NCBI GenBank assembly: GCA_964247745.1
Contig: CAXTVT010000003.1
Coordinates: 23,835 to 87,834 of the forward strand
Direction: 5' to 3'
Origin: an uncultured Beijerinckiaceae bacterium
Lineage (GTDB): Bacteria; Pseudomonadota; Alphaproteobacteria; Rhizobiales; Beijerinckiaceae
Length of the DNA: 64,000 nucleotides
Shown: positions 27,546 to 38,299 of the stretch, piece by piece
How positions within the stretch are numbered: the stretch's first letter is position 1
Layout: the number at the start of each line of letters is the position of its first letter
Notes under the pieces: model-generated
The model's database searches: none
The model's input: only the letters and a program-made list of their open reading frames with translations
What the model was told of the DNA's origin: nothing
Position numbers and translations under genes: made by a program

Positions 27546-28544
27546 ATGTCGAAGAACCGCTATCACGGCGGCGCGACGTCGGATCATTTCGACGGCACGC
27601 GCTTCTTCAACCCGGGTCATCCGAACACGGACAAGGGCTGGCGTGATCTCCTGCGCTGGCGGTTCTCGCGGCGCGGCGAACGCTGGCCGGTCGCGGCCGA
27701 AGGCCGGCAGGTCGTGCCCGACGCGCGCGTCGAGGGACTGCGCATCACGATGGTGGGCCATGCCAGCCTGCTGATCCAGATGGCCGGCCGCAACCTTCTG
27801 GTCGATCCTGTCTGGTCCCAGCGCGCCAGTCCGGTGAGTTGGGCCGGGCCGCGCCGGGTCGACGCCCCCGGGATCGCCTTCGAAGCCCTGCCGCCGATCG
27901 ACGCCGTGCTGCTGACCCACAATCACTACGACCACATGGATTTCGCGACGCTGCGGCGGCTCTGGGCGCGCGACCGTCCCCACCTCGTCGCGCCGCTCGG
28001 CAACGATGCGATCGTCGCGCGCGCGGGCGCCGGGATCGTGACCGCGACGCACGACTGGGGCGACACCGTCGATCTCGGCGGCGGCATCGCCGCGCGTCTC
28101 ACCCCCGCGCACCATTGGTCCGCCCGCTCGCTCCGCGACCGGCGCATGGCGCTCTGGTGCGGGTACGCGATCCTGTCGCCCGCAGGCGTCGTCTACCTCT
28201 CCGGCGACACCGGCTATGGCGACGGCGCGATCTTTCGCGAGGTGGGACGGCTCGTCCCCGCCATCGACGTCGCCGTCCTGCCGATCGGCGCCTACGAACC
28301 ACGCTGGTTCATGCAGACCCAGCACGTCGATCCCGGCGAAGCCGTGCGGATCATGCTCGATTGCGGGGCGCGCCAAGGGCTCGGCGTGCACTGGGGCACG
28401 TTTCCCCTCGCCGACGAAGGGCGGTCGGCGCCCAGGACCGCGCTCGCGAAGGCGCTCAGCGAACGCGGCATCGCGGCGGATCGCTTCCTGGCGCTGGCGC
28501 CGGGCGACACCTGGTCAGGACCCGGCGGCACGACGCGACCGTGA
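27546..28544 (+). CDS. MBL-fold metallo-hydrolase (RomA/NAPE-PLD-like)
   Basis: SDHFDGTRFFNP, GHASLLIQ, THNHYDHMD, PAHHWSAR, SGDTGY, PIGAYEPRWFM, VHWGTF. Confidence 0.9.
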   Translation: MSKNRYHGGATSDHFDGTRFFNPGHPNTDKGWRDLLRWRFSRRGERWPVAAEGRQVVPDARVEGLRITMVGHASLLIQMAGRNLLVDPVWSQRASPVSWAGPRRVDAPGIAFEALPPIDAVLLTHNHYDHMDFATLRRLWARDRPHLVAPLGNDAIVARAGAGIVTATHDWGDTVDLGGGIAARLTPAHHWSARSLRDRRMALWCGYAILSPAGVVYLSGDTGYGDGAIFREVGRLVPAIDVAVLPIGAYEPRWFMQTQHVDPGEAVRIMLDCGARQGLGVHWGTFPLADEGRSAPRTALAKALSERGIAADRFLALAPGDTWSGPGGTTRP

Positions 28545-28562
28545 TGCCGGCCGTGGCCGGCC

Positions 28563-29645
28563 TCAGGCCGTGAGCCCACCGATCAGGCTCGGGATGTCCA
28601 AGGGGCGAAAGCCGTAATGTTCGAGCCAGCGCACGTCGCTCTCGAAGAAGGCGCGGAGGTCCGGCATTCCGTATTTCAGCATGGCGATGCGATCGATGCC
28701 GATGCCCCAGGCGAAGCCCTGGTACACCTGGGGATCGATCCCGCAATTGGTCAGCACGTTGGGATGCACCATCCCGCAGCCCAGGATCTCCAGCCAGTCG
28801 TCGCCCTCGCCGAAGCGGATCTCGCCATCGCCGCGGCGGCACTGGATGTCGACCTCCATCGAGGGCTCGGTGAACGGGAAGAAGCTCGGACGAAAGCGCA
28901 TCTTCACCTCGTCGACCTCGAAGAAGGCGCGCAGGAACTCCTGCAGCACCCATTTGAGATGGCCGAGATTCGCGGTGCGATCGATGACCAGACCCTCGAC
29001 CTGATGGAACATCGGCGTGTGGGTCTGGTCCGAGTCGCAGCGGTAGGTGCGACCGGGGCAGATCACACGGATCGGCGGCTGCCGCCCGAGCATGGTGCGC
29101 ACCTGCACCGGGCTGGTGTGGGTGCGCAGCAGCCTGCGCGTGCCGTCCGAGGCGGCGGGGAAGAAAAAGGTGTCGTGCATGTCGCGCGCCGGATGGTCGG
29201 GCGGGAAGTTCAGCTTGGTGAAGTTGAAATCGTCCGTCTCGATGTCCGGTCCCTCGGCGATCGAGAAGCCCATGTCGGCGAAGATCACCGAGAGCTCGTC
29301 CATCACTTGGCTGATCGGGTGGATGCGCCCGGTCTCAAGCGGGCCGGATCGCACCGGCAGCGTGACGTCGATGGTCTCGGCGGCGAGCCGCGCCTCCAGC
29401 GCCGCCGCCTTCAGGACCTCGCGGCGCGCGTCGAACGCGCTGACGACCTTGTCCTTGAGCACGTTGATCTCGGCGCCGCGGGCGCGGCGCTCGTCCGGGG
29501 CCATCTTGCCCAGGGTGGAGAGCAGCGCCGAGATCGCGCCTTTCTTGCCGAGCGCGGCGACGCGTGCCGACTCCAGCGCCGCCTCGTCGGCCGCAGCGGC
29601 GATGGAGGACAGCGTGTCGTGTTCGAGGTTGGCGAGATCGGTCAT
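28563..29645 (-). CDS. pheS: Phenylalanine--tRNA ligase alpha subunit
   Basis: [52 protein letters not shown]. Confidence 0.98.
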   Translation of the reverse strand: MTDLANLEHDTLSSIAAAADEAALESARVAALGKKGAISALLSTLGKMAPDERRARGAEINVLKDKVVSAFDARREVLKAAALEARLAAETIDVTLPVRSGPLETGRIHPISQVMDELSVIFADMGFSIAEGPDIETDDFNFTKLNFPPDHPARDMHDTFFFPAASDGTRRLLRTHTSPVQVRTMLGRQPPIRVICPGRTYRCDSDQTHTPMFHQVEGLVIDRTANLGHLKWVLQEFLRAFFEVDEVKMRFRPSFFPFTEPSMEVDIQCRRGDGEIRFGEGDDWLEILGCGMVHPNVLTNCGIDPQVYQGFAWGIGIDRIAMLKYGMPDLRAFFESDVRWLEHYGFRPLDIPSLIGGLTA

Positions 29646-29655
29646 CGGCAGCCGC

Positions 29656-30555
29656 CTACCACAGCACGTTGTCGATCGGCTGGATTTTCTCCGGTGCCGG
29701 CTCGCCCATCATCTGCAGCAGATCGATCTCGACGGTGCGGCACATCGCGGTCATCGGCACGTCGTAGATCGAGTTGGCGAAGGGATCCATCAGGTCGAGC
29801 CCGATCTCGACGGCCATCAGGAACATCAGCCCGACGAGCGCCGAGCCGACCGGCGTGTAGATGCCGAGATCCTGCACCACGGCGAAGGGCAGGATGATGC
29901 AGAAGATCTTGGCGAAGAACGAAGGAAAGAAGCGGTATTGCGAGGGCAGCGGCGTGTTCTTGATGCGCTCCATCCCGCCTTGCGCGTTGGCGATGTCGAC
30001 CAGCGTCGCATCGATGCGCACGCGGGCGTAGGGGTCGAGCATGCCGAGACGATGCGCCTCGGTGGCCAAGCGCCCGACGTCGGTCAGGATCGCGTTCGGC
30101 TTGTTGACCATCGCTCCGAGCGCGGCCGCCCATTCCGGCGCCAGATAGCGTGTCGCTTCCGGAGGCATCGGCTGGCCGCGCAGCGACGCCCGAAGCACGT
30201 TGACGTAGGCGATCTGGGCGCGCGCCATCTCGCGGCCGAGCCCGAGCCGGGCGTTCGGCACGGTCTCGTCGCAGAAGGTCAGCGCCTGGCGCGCGACATT
30301 GCGCGAGGCGTTGATCATCAGGCCCCAGAGGCCGCGCGCCTCCCACCAGCGGCCGTAGGCGGCATTCACCGACACGCCGACGAAAAGCGCCAGGGCCGAG
30401 CCGAACAGCGAAAACTGGAGTTCGATCGGCCGCACGTGCGGCGTCACCTTGAAGTAGAGGATCGTGACGACGACGTCCCAGAGAAACAGGAAGAACAACG
30501 GGATCGCGATCTCGCGAAATGCGTGACCGATGCGCGGGACTTTCGAGACGATCAT
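29656..30555 (-). CDS. Bestrophin family ion channel (YneE-like)
   Basis: [26 protein letters not shown] and DPF motifs with TM helices. Confidence 0.88.
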   Translation of the reverse strand: MIVSKVPRIGHAFREIAIPLFFLFLWDVVVTILYFKVTPHVRPIELQFSLFGSALALFVGVSVNAAYGRWWEARGLWGLMINASRNVARQALTFCDETVPNARLGLGREMARAQIAYVNVLRASLRGQPMPPEATRYLAPEWAAALGAMVNKPNAILTDVGRLATEAHRLGMLDPYARVRIDATLVDIANAQGGMERIKNTPLPSQYRFFPSFFAKIFCIILPFAVVQDLGIYTPVGSALVGLMFLMAVEIGLDLMDPFANSIYDVPMTAMCRTVEIDLLQMMGEPAPEKIQPIDNVLW

Positions 30556-30732
30556 TGCGGCTCAGGATCTCATGGCGGGATATTCCACCTAGACAGGCAG
30601 AGCGCCCGGAATGCGGTGGCTTGTTTGCATAACATTGCCAGCGACGCCTCGCTGGCACGGCCGGACCTTTCGGCGCGGCACGAGCCCACGTTGTACGTAG
30701 GCAACAGCGAAGCGCTCATGTAGAAGCGGAGA

Positions 30733-30758
30733 GGAACCGCGTCTCGCGACCACACGTT
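30733..30758 (+). promoter_or_regulatory. EcfG/sigmaT consensus promoter
   Basis: Exact GGAAC-N17-CGTT, ~45 nt upstream of the secreted-protein gene. Confidence 0.6.
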
Positions 30759-30802
30759 TCACGGTTCCAAAACCAAGCTCCAGCCGACCGAAACGGCACT
30801 TG

Positions 30803-31306
30803 AGGATGTTTTCGATGATTGGTCATGGTTTCCTGCTTCGGGCCGTTTTCGCCGGTGCATCGCTCGCGCTGATCGCCACCGCGTCACCGTCCTACGCCGC
30901 CGGTCCCTTCTCGTCTTTCGAGGGCAACTGGACCGGAACCGGCACTGTCTCCGCCGACAACGGAGCCAAGGAGCGGCTCCGCTGCCGGGCCCATTACGAT
31001 GTCGGCGGCGGTGGCAACAGCATGGTGCAAAACCTGACCTGCGCCAGCGACAGCTACAAGTTCAACGTCGTGAGCACGGTGGCGGCCGAGGGCAACGAGA
31101 TTTCCGGCGATTGGGAGGAGACCTCCCGCGGGGCCAAGGGCCACATTTCCGGCAAGGTGACGCCGACACAGATTTCCGCCTTCGTCAAGGGTTTGGGCTT
31201 TACCGCGAGCATCGGCATCGCCGCCCGCGGCGGTCGCCAGTCGGTGACGCTCAACCCGACCGGCACCGACATCAAGAACGTGTCGGTGACGATGTCCAAG
31301 TCCTGA
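30803..31306 (+). CDS. Secreted hypothetical protein (probable beta-barrel fold)
   Basis: Signal peptide ending in ASPSYA; FEGNWTGTGTV...ERLRC...LTCAS...GDWEE; start uncertain (30800-30815). Confidence 0.75.
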   Translation, partial: RMFSMIGHGFLLRAVFAGASLALIATASPSYAAGPFSSFEGNWTGTGTVSADNGAKERLRCRAHYDVGGGGNSMVQNLTCASDSYKFNVVSTVAAEGNEISGDWEETSRGAKGHISGKVTPTQISAFVKGLGFTASIGIAARGGRQSVTLNPTGTDIKNVSVTMSKS

Positions 31307-31324
31307 GGTCAGTCAGGATCTTGT

Positions 31325-31353
31325 AAAAAGCCGGGCTCCGAGCCCGGCTTTTT
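31325..31353. terminator. Bidirectional intrinsic terminator between the hypothetical gene and dnaA
   Basis: AAAAAG-CCGGGCT-CCG-AGCCCGG-CTTTTT between convergent genes. Confidence 0.8.
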
Positions 31354-31369
31354 CTTGCCGGCGGGGCGC

Positions 31370-32890
31370 TCAGTCGAGGAGCATGCGCTTCAAGAGTTCG
31401 ACCTCGTCGGACAGCGAGCGATCGCTGCCGGTCAGCCCCTCGATCTTGCGCACCGCGTGCAGCACCGTCGTGTGGTCGCGCCCGCCGAAGCGGCGGCCGA
31501 TCTCGGGCAGGCTGCGCAGCGTCAACACCTTGGACAGGTACATCGCGATCTGCCGCGGGCGCACGACGTTGGCCGTGCGGCGCGAAGACAGGATGTCCGC
31601 CCGACTGACGTTGTAGTGCGTCGCGACCAGCTTCTGGATATCTTCGATCTTGACACGCTTGGGCTCGCGCATCCGCACGAGGTCGCGGATGGCGACCTCG
31701 GCGGTCTCGACGGTCAGCGCCGTCTGGGTGAGCGAGGCATGCGCCATCAACCGGTTCACGGCGCCGTCGAGATCGCGCCCGTTGGTCTGGATCACAGAGG
31801 CGACGTAGGCGATCACCGCCGGCGGCACGTCGAAACCCGGCACGTTCGTCCTGACCGCCGCCACGCGCGACTCCAGCATGCGAACGCGCAACGCCTCGTC
31901 GAGGGCGCCGATTTCCACGCACAGGCCGCCCGAGAGCCTGGAGCGCACACGCTCCTCCAGGCTCTCGAGGTCCGCCGGCGGCCTGTCCGCAGCGATGATG
32001 ATCTGCTTGCGCGCATCGATCAGCGCGTTGATCGTGTGGCAGAATTCCTGCTGGATCGACTTGCCCTGCAAGAACTGCACGTCGTCGATGATCAGGACGT
32101 CGATACCGCGCAGCCGCTCCTTGAAGGCGAGCGACGTCTGCGCCTTGAGCGCCAGCACGAAGCCGTACATGAACTTCTCGGCGGTGAGGTAGATCACCCG
32201 GCGACGCTGCGTCGTCACCGCATGGGCCACGGCCTGGAGGAGGTGGGTCTTGCCGAGACCGACGCAGGCGTGAATGTAAAGCGGATTGTAGATCAGGCCT
32301 TCCTCGGGGGCGGCAGTCGCGATCCGCTGGGCGGCGGCGTGCGCGAGCTGGTTCGATCGCCCGATATGGAAGGTCTCGAAGCTCATGCGCTTGTCGAGCG
32401 GGGAGCCCGTGAGGGCATCGCCGTCCGAGGAGTCTCGCGTCGCGGCAGTCGGCCGTACCGTCTCGGCGGACGGAAAGAAGGGCGTGCGCGCCGCGGCCGG
32501 CACGTCGTCGTGGCGCTCCACCGGCTCGCCGAGCGTTCCCTCGAAGGCCTGGGGCCGCTGCGGCATCAGCCGCGACGAGGAGCGGACCGCGATCGACAGG
32601 CCGAGGATCTCAGGCACTTCCGACGAAAGGACCTTGAGGATCCGCTCCTGGTAGTGGGACTGAATCCAGCTCTTCAGGAACTTGGTGGGCACGCTGAGCA
32701 GCGCGGTGCCGTCGGCGATCCCGTCGAGCTCCAGGCGCCCGAACCAGGAGGTGAACACCTCCTCGCCGAGCTCCGCACGCAGCCGGCGGGCGATCCGGCC
32801 CCAAAGTTCTCCGGACTTCTCGCTGGCTTGCATCGGCAGGCTCGACTCTCGGTGCGAAAAAGAGCGCACGTCGGCCATCGGCTTCGACAT
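31370..32890 (-). CDS. dnaA: Chromosomal replication initiator protein DnaA
   Basis: [17 protein letters not shown] (Walker A region), [36 protein letters not shown]; start may be 32890, 32878 or 32833. Confidence 0.98.
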   Translation of the reverse strand: MSKPMADVRSFSHRESSLPMQASEKSGELWGRIARRLRAELGEEVFTSWFGRLELDGIADGTALLSVPTKFLKSWIQSHYQERILKVLSSEVPEILGLSIAVRSSSRLMPQRPQAFEGTLGEPVERHDDVPAAARTPFFPSAETVRPTAATRDSSDGDALTGSPLDKRMSFETFHIGRSNQLAHAAAQRIATAAPEEGLIYNPLYIHACVGLGKTHLLQAVAHAVTTQRRRVIYLTAEKFMYGFVLALKAQTSLAFKERLRGIDVLIIDDVQFLQGKSIQQEFCHTINALIDARKQIIIAADRPPADLESLEERVRSRLSGGLCVEIGALDEALRVRMLESRVAAVRTNVPGFDVPPAVIAYVASVIQTNGRDLDGAVNRLMAHASLTQTALTVETAEVAIRDLVRMREPKRVKIEDIQKLVATHYNVSRADILSSRRTANVVRPRQIAMYLSKVLTLRSLPEIGRRFGGRDHTTVLHAVRKIEGLTGSDRSLSDEVELLKRMLLD

Positions 32891-33621
32891 GGGACGAACT
32901 CACGACTGGAGGAGGCTTGGAGACGGAGGCGAAGGGCGCGACGAGGACGACCTAGGTCACACCCCGATCGACGAAACCCGATCGATTGGCGACACGCTCG
33001 ACCGGCTCGCTGCGACCGAACACCCGCTCGAGCAACGGTACAAATCGCGATCGCCAACTCATTCTCAACCCTCCGCAACCGGCCCGTGCATCGTCGCACG
33101 AACCTTCCGTCACGATGATGTCGACAAGGCTAAGCGCCTTGCCTCTGCATCGCGTTACACGCCTTGGCCTCAACAAAACGCAAAGACGTTCCGCCACCTT
33201 CGCGGCGGATGCGCGTCCTGCATTTCGAGAGGGCGAACGGGGAAGACGCTTGCTTGGCCTCGACGGCGTCCCCGGCCATGTCGTGACCGTAGCACAGGCT
33301 TTAAGACCGGCAAGGCCCCGTTTTATCGAACCGTCAAAGAAGCTTCATGGAAGTAGGGCCGAACGACGCCGACGCGAAGCACCTTGCTTCGATTAAGCGG
33401 TTGATTCGGCATCGGACCTTTGCAGCGGGTTCGCCGCGGATCCGGACATGTTACGGCCAAGCAACATTTCGCGTCTTCGCGCGAAGAACGCGGCCGTTGC
33501 CGTTTTGCCCCATTAACCGTTCGAAGGGCGCTCGTGGCTTAGCTCGCAAGAGCCTGTTTCACCTGCGATTTAAAAGACCGGTCAGCGCTACCGCGATCAC
33601 GCGCCGGTGATCCCTCGGGGC

Positions 33622-33650
33622 AATAAAAAACCCGGCCTGGGGCCGGGTTT
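33622..33650 (-). terminator. Intrinsic terminator of rpsT
   Basis: Minus strand CCCGGCC-CCA-GGCCGGG-TTTTTTATT downstream of rpsT. Confidence 0.75.
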
Positions 33651-33673
33651 CGATTTGCGCGATGTCGTGAAAG

Positions 33674-33940
33674 CTAACTCGCCAGCGCGCGTACCCGCTT
33701 CGACAGACGCGACACCGTCCGCGACGCGGTGTTCTTGTGAACGATGCCCTTCTGCGCGGCGCGCATCAGCAGAGGAGCCGCCGTGTCGAAAGCCGCCGCC
33801 GCCGCAGTCGCATCGCCGGTCGCGATCGCTTCTTCGACCTTGCGGAGGTAGGTCCGCATCTGCGAGCGGCGCGACTTGTTGACGGCGGTTCGCCGCGCGA
33901 TCTGACGGACGGCCTTCTTGGCCGACGATGTATTCGCCAT
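33674..33940 (-). CDS. rpsT: 30S ribosomal protein S20
   Basis: [30 protein letters not shown]...HKNTASR. Confidence 0.98.
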   Translation of the reverse strand: MANTSSAKKAVRQIARRTAVNKSRRSQMRTYLRKVEEAIATGDATAAAAAFDTAAPLLMRAAQKGIVHKNTASRTVSRLSKRVRALAS

Positions 33941-34017
33941 GATGGTCCACGAATTCGAGTGAGGCGCGAGCGAAGAGGCTCAACGCCTGATGGCCGGAGA
34001 ACCGGCCGTGGCCCTTC

Positions 34018-34046
34018 GTATAGAAAGGAGCGAGGAGGCGCGTCAA
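34018..34046 (-). promoter_or_regulatory. sigma70 promoter of rpsT
   Basis: Minus strand TTGACG-N17-CTATAC, close to the alphaproteobacterial housekeeping consensus. Confidence 0.7.
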
Positions 34047-34107
34047 GCCTTTCGAGGCCCGGCGCGCGGCTTGCCGTGCCGGAGGCAGCTGCCTATGGTC
34101 CGCCAGC

Positions 34108-34971
34108 ATGACGAGATTGCGCCTCCACACCCCCGAGGACGTCGAGGACGCGGGCGGTGGCTACGATGCCCTCGGCGAACGGCTTCCCACGGCGCGCCGT
34201 CGACGCTTCAAGGAAATCCCGATCCGTGTCGTGCTGCCGAATCTGGTCACGCTGGCGGCGCTGAGCATGGGGCTCACCTCGATCCGTTTCGCGATCGAGG
34301 GCAAGTTCGAGACGGCGGTGCTGGCGGTCATCGTCGCGGCGATCCTCGATGGGCTCGATGGCCGGTTGGCCCGGGCGCTGCGCGGAACAAGCCGCTTCGG
34401 CGCGGAGCTCGACTCCCTGGCGGACTTCGTCGACTTCGGTGTCGCGCCGGCCCTGATCCTCTACTTTTCCTCCCTGCACCGCATCCCGAGCTTCGGCTGG
34501 TTCGCCGCGCTGGTGTTCGTCATCGCGGCGGCCCTGCGTCTCGCCCGGTTCAACACCATGCTGGAAGATCCGGATCGACCGGCCTGGCACGCCAACTTCT
34601 TCACCGGCATGCCGGCGCCCGCCGGCGCCATCGTCGGTCTGCTGCCGCTCTACGTGCAGCTGTCGTCGTTCGTCGCGCCGGGCACGCGCCTGCCGGTCGG
34701 CCTCGACATCGGCTACGTGATCCTGGTCGCCTTCCTGATGGCGAGCCGCATCCCGTTCTTTTCCGGCAAGACGATCGGCCGCATTCCGCGCGAGCGTTTC
34801 ATGGCGATCCTCTTCGCCGTCGCCGCGACCCTGCTGCTTCTGGCGACGTTCCCGATGGAGATGATGATCCTCCTCGCCGTCGCCTATCTCGCCACCACGC
34901 CTTTCGCGATCCGGCGCTGGCGCCGCTACGATCGAGGAGCGGCGACGCGTCTCGTGGACGACCCCGCCTAG
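34108..34971 (+). CDS. pssA: CDP-diacylglycerol--serine O-phosphatidyltransferase (CDP-alcohol phosphatidyltransferase family)
   Basis: PNLVTL, ILDGLDGRLAR...SRFGAELDSLADFVDFGVAP, LRLARFN, FFTGMPAP. Confidence 0.85.
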   Translation: MTRLRLHTPEDVEDAGGGYDALGERLPTARRRRFKEIPIRVVLPNLVTLAALSMGLTSIRFAIEGKFETAVLAVIVAAILDGLDGRLARALRGTSRFGAELDSLADFVDFGVAPALILYFSSLHRIPSFGWFAALVFVIAAALRLARFNTMLEDPDRPAWHANFFTGMPAPAGAIVGLLPLYVQLSSFVAPGTRLPVGLDIGYVILVAFLMASRIPFFSGKTIGRIPRERFMAILFAVAATLLLLATFPMEMMILLAVAYLATTPFAIRRWRRYDRGAATRLVDDPA

Positions 34972-35570
34972 TCGCGACCGTTGGCGACGCCCCACTGGCG
35001 CAACTCGCGAGACGTCAGGACGTGGATGCTCGTGGACGGCGTACGCTCGGCGGACGAGATCATCGAGGGATCGACGCCCATGCGGGCGGTATAGCCCTTC
35101 AGCGTCGAGGCGGCGGCACGATGCTCGGCGCGCTCGTAGGCGCCGGTGAGGTCCTCGGTCGCGGCCTGCATGCGATGGATGCCGACCCGGCTGCGGCCCG
35201 GCACGACGCGGCGGCCGGCGCCGACCAGCGCGTAGACGCAGGCGGAATAGCAGGCGCCCGGCACGGCGACCCCCTCCTCGGTCACGCCGGCGACCACCGC
35301 CGTGATCCCACGACTCCGGAACAGCGAGCCGAGCTGAACCGCGGCACCGACGTTGCCTCCGGGCGAGTTGAGGTAGACCTGGGTTCCCGGCGCCATCGGC
35401 ACCGCGGCGAATTCGGCCGGCGTGTCGAGCGTGATCTGACCGACGGCGACGATCCCGGGGCGGCCATCCACATAGGTCGGCTGGAAGGTCATGGCCGCGG
35501 CGCCGCCGGCCGCCACGGACGACAGCAGCAGCGTCACCGCAAGGCGCCTGAGGGATCGTGCGATCATCAT
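34968..35570 (-). CDS. Secreted hypothetical protein, ClpP/crotonase-like periplasmic family
   Basis: Signal peptide; YLNSPGGNV, CYSACVYALVG, SRVGIH motifs. Confidence 0.7.
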   Translation of the reverse strand: MMIARSLRRLAVTLLLSSVAAGGAAAMTFQPTYVDGRPGIVAVGQITLDTPAEFAAVPMAPGTQVYLNSPGGNVGAAVQLGSLFRSRGITAVVAGVTEEGVAVPGACYSACVYALVGAGRRVVPGRSRVGIHRMQAATEDLTGAYERAEHRAAASTLKGYTARMGVDPSMISSAERTPSTSIHVLTSRELRQWGVANGRD

Positions 35571-35683
35571 CGAGCCTCCGCATGTTCGAGCAGGAAGCTA
35601 CAAGGATTGGCGCAGGGCGATAGGGGCCAAAGGTCTGAGGCCGCCGATGATGGGTCTGGGCGGTTTCGGCCCGGGTGCCGGGT

Positions 35684-37018
35684 TCAGGGCCTGGCGTCAT
35701 CATCCGTGAACCGCGCGATCGCCGCCGCCAGCGGCAGCGTGTCCCGCGAACCCGTCCGGCGCGACTTCAGCTCGACCTTGCCTTCCGCGAGGCTCTTGGG
35801 ACCGACGATCACCTGGTGCGGCAAGCCGATGAGGTCGAGCCTCGCGAACTTGCCGCCCGGTCGGTCGTCGATGTCGTCGTAGAGCACCTCGACGCCGGCC
35901 TTGGTCAGCGCGTCGTAGATCGTCTTGCAGGCGGCGTCGGTCGCGGCATCGCCGACCTTGAGATTGGCGAGCCCCACCGCGAACGGGGCCACGGCGTCGG
36001 GCCAGACGATGCCGGCGTCGTCGTGCGAGGCCTCGATGATCGCGCCGACCAGCCGCGAGACGCCGACGCCGTAGGAGCCGCATTGCGCCGGGCGGTCGGT
36101 GCCGTCGGCGCCGGTGATCATCGCCTTCATCGGGCGAGTGTACTTGTCGCCGAAGAAGAACACCTGGCCGACCTCGATGCCGCGCGTGGCGACGCGACGC
36201 TCGGCCGGAGTCTCGGCCTCGAAGCGAGCCTGGTCGTGCACGTCCTCGGTGGCGGCGTAGAGCGTGGTCCATTGCGCGACGATCGGCGAGAGATCGCCCT
36301 CGTAGTCGAGGTCGGGCGGCGGGATCGGCAGCCCGAGCACGTCCTTGTCGACGAAGACGCCCGATTCGCCGGTGTCGGCGAGCACGATGAACTCGTGGGA
36401 CAGGTCGCCGCCGATCGGGCCGGTCTCGGCGCGCATCGGAATGCCGGTCAGCCCCAAGCGCGCGAAGATGCGGAGGTAGGCGACGAACATGCGGTTGTAC
36501 GAGCGCCGGCCGGCGGCCTCGTCGACGTCGAAGGAATAGGCGTCCTTCATAAGGAACTCGCGGCCGCGCATCACGCCGAAGCGCGGACGCTGCTCGTCGC
36601 GGAACTTCCATTGGAAATGGTAGAGGTTCTTCGGCAGCTCGCGGTAGGACTTCACGCCGGATCGAACGATCGCGGTGATCATCTCCTCGTTGGTCGGGCC
36701 ATAGAGCATCTCGCGCTTGTGCCGATCCTGGATGCGCAGCATCTCGGGACCGTAGGCGTCGTAGCGGCCGGATTCGCGCCAGAGGTCGGCGAGCTGCAGC
36801 GTCGGCATCAGCATCTCGACGGCACCGGCGCGATCGAGCTCCTCGCGCACGATCTGCTCGATCTTGGTCAGGACGCGAAAGCCGAGCGGCAGCCAGGAGT
36901 AGATGCCGGCCGCCTCCTGCCGGATCATGCCGGCGCGCAGCATCAGCCGGTGCGACAGGATCTCGGCCTCCTTCGGATTGTCGCGAAGGATCGGCATGAA
37001 GAACTTGGAAAGGCGCAT
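35684..37018 (-). CDS. proS: Proline--tRNA ligase (short alphaproteobacterial type)
   Basis: [15 protein letters not shown]...[48 protein letters not shown]. Confidence 0.98.
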   Translation of the reverse strand: MRLSKFFMPILRDNPKEAEILSHRLMLRAGMIRQEAAGIYSWLPLGFRVLTKIEQIVREELDRAGAVEMLMPTLQLADLWRESGRYDAYGPEMLRIQDRHKREMLYGPTNEEMITAIVRSGVKSYRELPKNLYHFQWKFRDEQRPRFGVMRGREFLMKDAYSFDVDEAAGRRSYNRMFVAYLRIFARLGLTGIPMRAETGPIGGDLSHEFIVLADTGESGVFVDKDVLGLPIPPPDLDYEGDLSPIVAQWTTLYAATEDVHDQARFEAETPAERRVATRGIEVGQVFFFGDKYTRPMKAMITGADGTDRPAQCGSYGVGVSRLVGAIIEASHDDAGIVWPDAVAPFAVGLANLKVGDAATDAACKTIYDALTKAGVEVLYDDIDDRPGGKFARLDLIGLPHQVIVGPKSLAEGKVELKSRRTGSRDTLPLAAAIARFTDDDARP

Positions 37019-37077
37019 CGCGGGCTCGTCGGAACGGTGGCGCTTCGTAGCCGAAGGCGCGCCCGGCCGCCACCGGG

Positions 37078-37767
37078 TTACAGCGCGCGGCGCTCGCGCA
37101 GGCGCTGCCAGAAGAAGGCGATCTGCTCGAACGGCGTCGCCCACCACGCCAGCACGACGACGTAGACGCAGAGGTCAGCGAGGAAGTCGACGCGGGGGTC
37201 GGCCGCGGCGGGATAGAGGCTGCGCACGGTCTGCCCGCCCAGCGCCAACTGCCATGCCACGAACACCATGTAGACCAGCACCGCGAAGGCGCCGAGCTTG
37301 TTGGCGATCGCCACGCAGAAATCCATGAAGCGGCCGAGCCGGACGACGACGGGTTCGACGATCCTGACGGGTCCGACGATGCGATGCATGGCCGATGCCG
37401 CCGACACCATCGCCCAACGCGGCGACGGCGGCGACGTCGGCGACATCGGCGTCAGCCGACGCGGAAGGCGTCGCGCCACCTTCTCGAAATGTGCCGTGAT
37501 ATGGTCGGTCGGGATGTCCCAGCCCTGCGCCAGGATCAGCAGCAGCGCCACCCACAGCGTCTCGCGCAGATCGGGATCCGGTGCGCCGGGAAAGATCTGG
37601 TGCAGGCTCTGGCCGAGCGCGAGTTCGCGGAAGTAGAGCCAGCCCAGCGCGAGCAGCGCACAGAAACCCGCGACCTTGCGTGCGGTGCCGATGCCGAGAT
37701 CGAGCAGCGCGAGGGACAGGCCGCCGGCACTGGTGAGCGGCCGACCCAGGCGGTCGGCGCGAAACAT
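37078..37767 (-). CDS. Hypothetical membrane protein with internal duplication
   Basis: Hydrophobic helices with two similar halves ([18 protein letters not shown] vs [19 protein letters not shown]); TGATG overlap with the RDD gene. Confidence 0.6.
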   Translation of the reverse strand: MFRADRLGRPLTSAGGLSLALLDLGIGTARKVAGFCALLALGWLYFRELALGQSLHQIFPGAPDPDLRETLWVALLLILAQGWDIPTDHITAHFEKVARRLPRRLTPMSPTSPPSPRWAMVSAASAMHRIVGPVRIVEPVVVRLGRFMDFCVAIANKLGAFAVLVYMVFVAWQLALGGQTVRSLYPAAADPRVDFLADLCVYVVVLAWWATPFEQIAFFWQRLRERRAL

Positions 37768-38222
37768 CAATCCGGGCGGCGCACGACGATCAGCCCGGCC
37801 ACGACGTCGTGGAGGCAGCGCTTGTCGGGCATCACCAGCGAGGCGAGGAACACCGGCGGGAACAGCCAGGAGAGATAGAGCAGGACGCCGTGCACCGCGG
37901 CGGCGATGAAGCTCGGCGGCGTGCCGTCGACGGCGCGGGCCTGCAGGTCGAACAGGCGCATGCCGGGCGTCGCCATATGGCGGCCGGAGAAGGACTGGCC
38001 GTTGTAGAAGAAGGCGACGAAGGGCCAGAGCGACGGCAGGACGACGAGCGAAAGCCCGAACGTCGCCACGAAGAGCACGATCGAGAGCAGGCCGGCCACG
38101 AACGACACCAGCACGAAGTCGACGGAGAAGGCCGCGATGCGGCGCGACCGCACGCCGGCGTAGGCCGCGGCGGGCAGGGACGGGGCGGCGAAGGGGAACA
38201 GGCTGCTGTTGAGTTCCGTCAT
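37767..38222 (-). CDS. RDD family membrane protein
   Basis: GVRSRRIAAFSVD (RDD), ATPGMRLFDL, KRCLHDVVAG. Confidence 0.88.
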   Translation of the reverse strand: MTELNSSLFPFAAPSLPAAAYAGVRSRRIAAFSVDFVLVSFVAGLLSIVLFVATFGLSLVVLPSLWPFVAFFYNGQSFSGRHMATPGMRLFDLQARAVDGTPPSFIAAAVHGVLLYLSWLFPPVFLASLVMPDKRCLHDVVAGLIVVRRPD

Positions 38223-38299
38223 GGCGATGGACCGGATGAGGACCGGCGCGGATCGCCGATCGTCAGATGATATGGCCCGCGACCGAGGCCCCACAAGCG

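Noticed and set aside
32891-33673. oriC next to dnaA
   Set aside because: No cluster of TTATCCACA-like boxes or AT-rich unwinding element could be seen; oriC is often unlinked from dnaA in this class.
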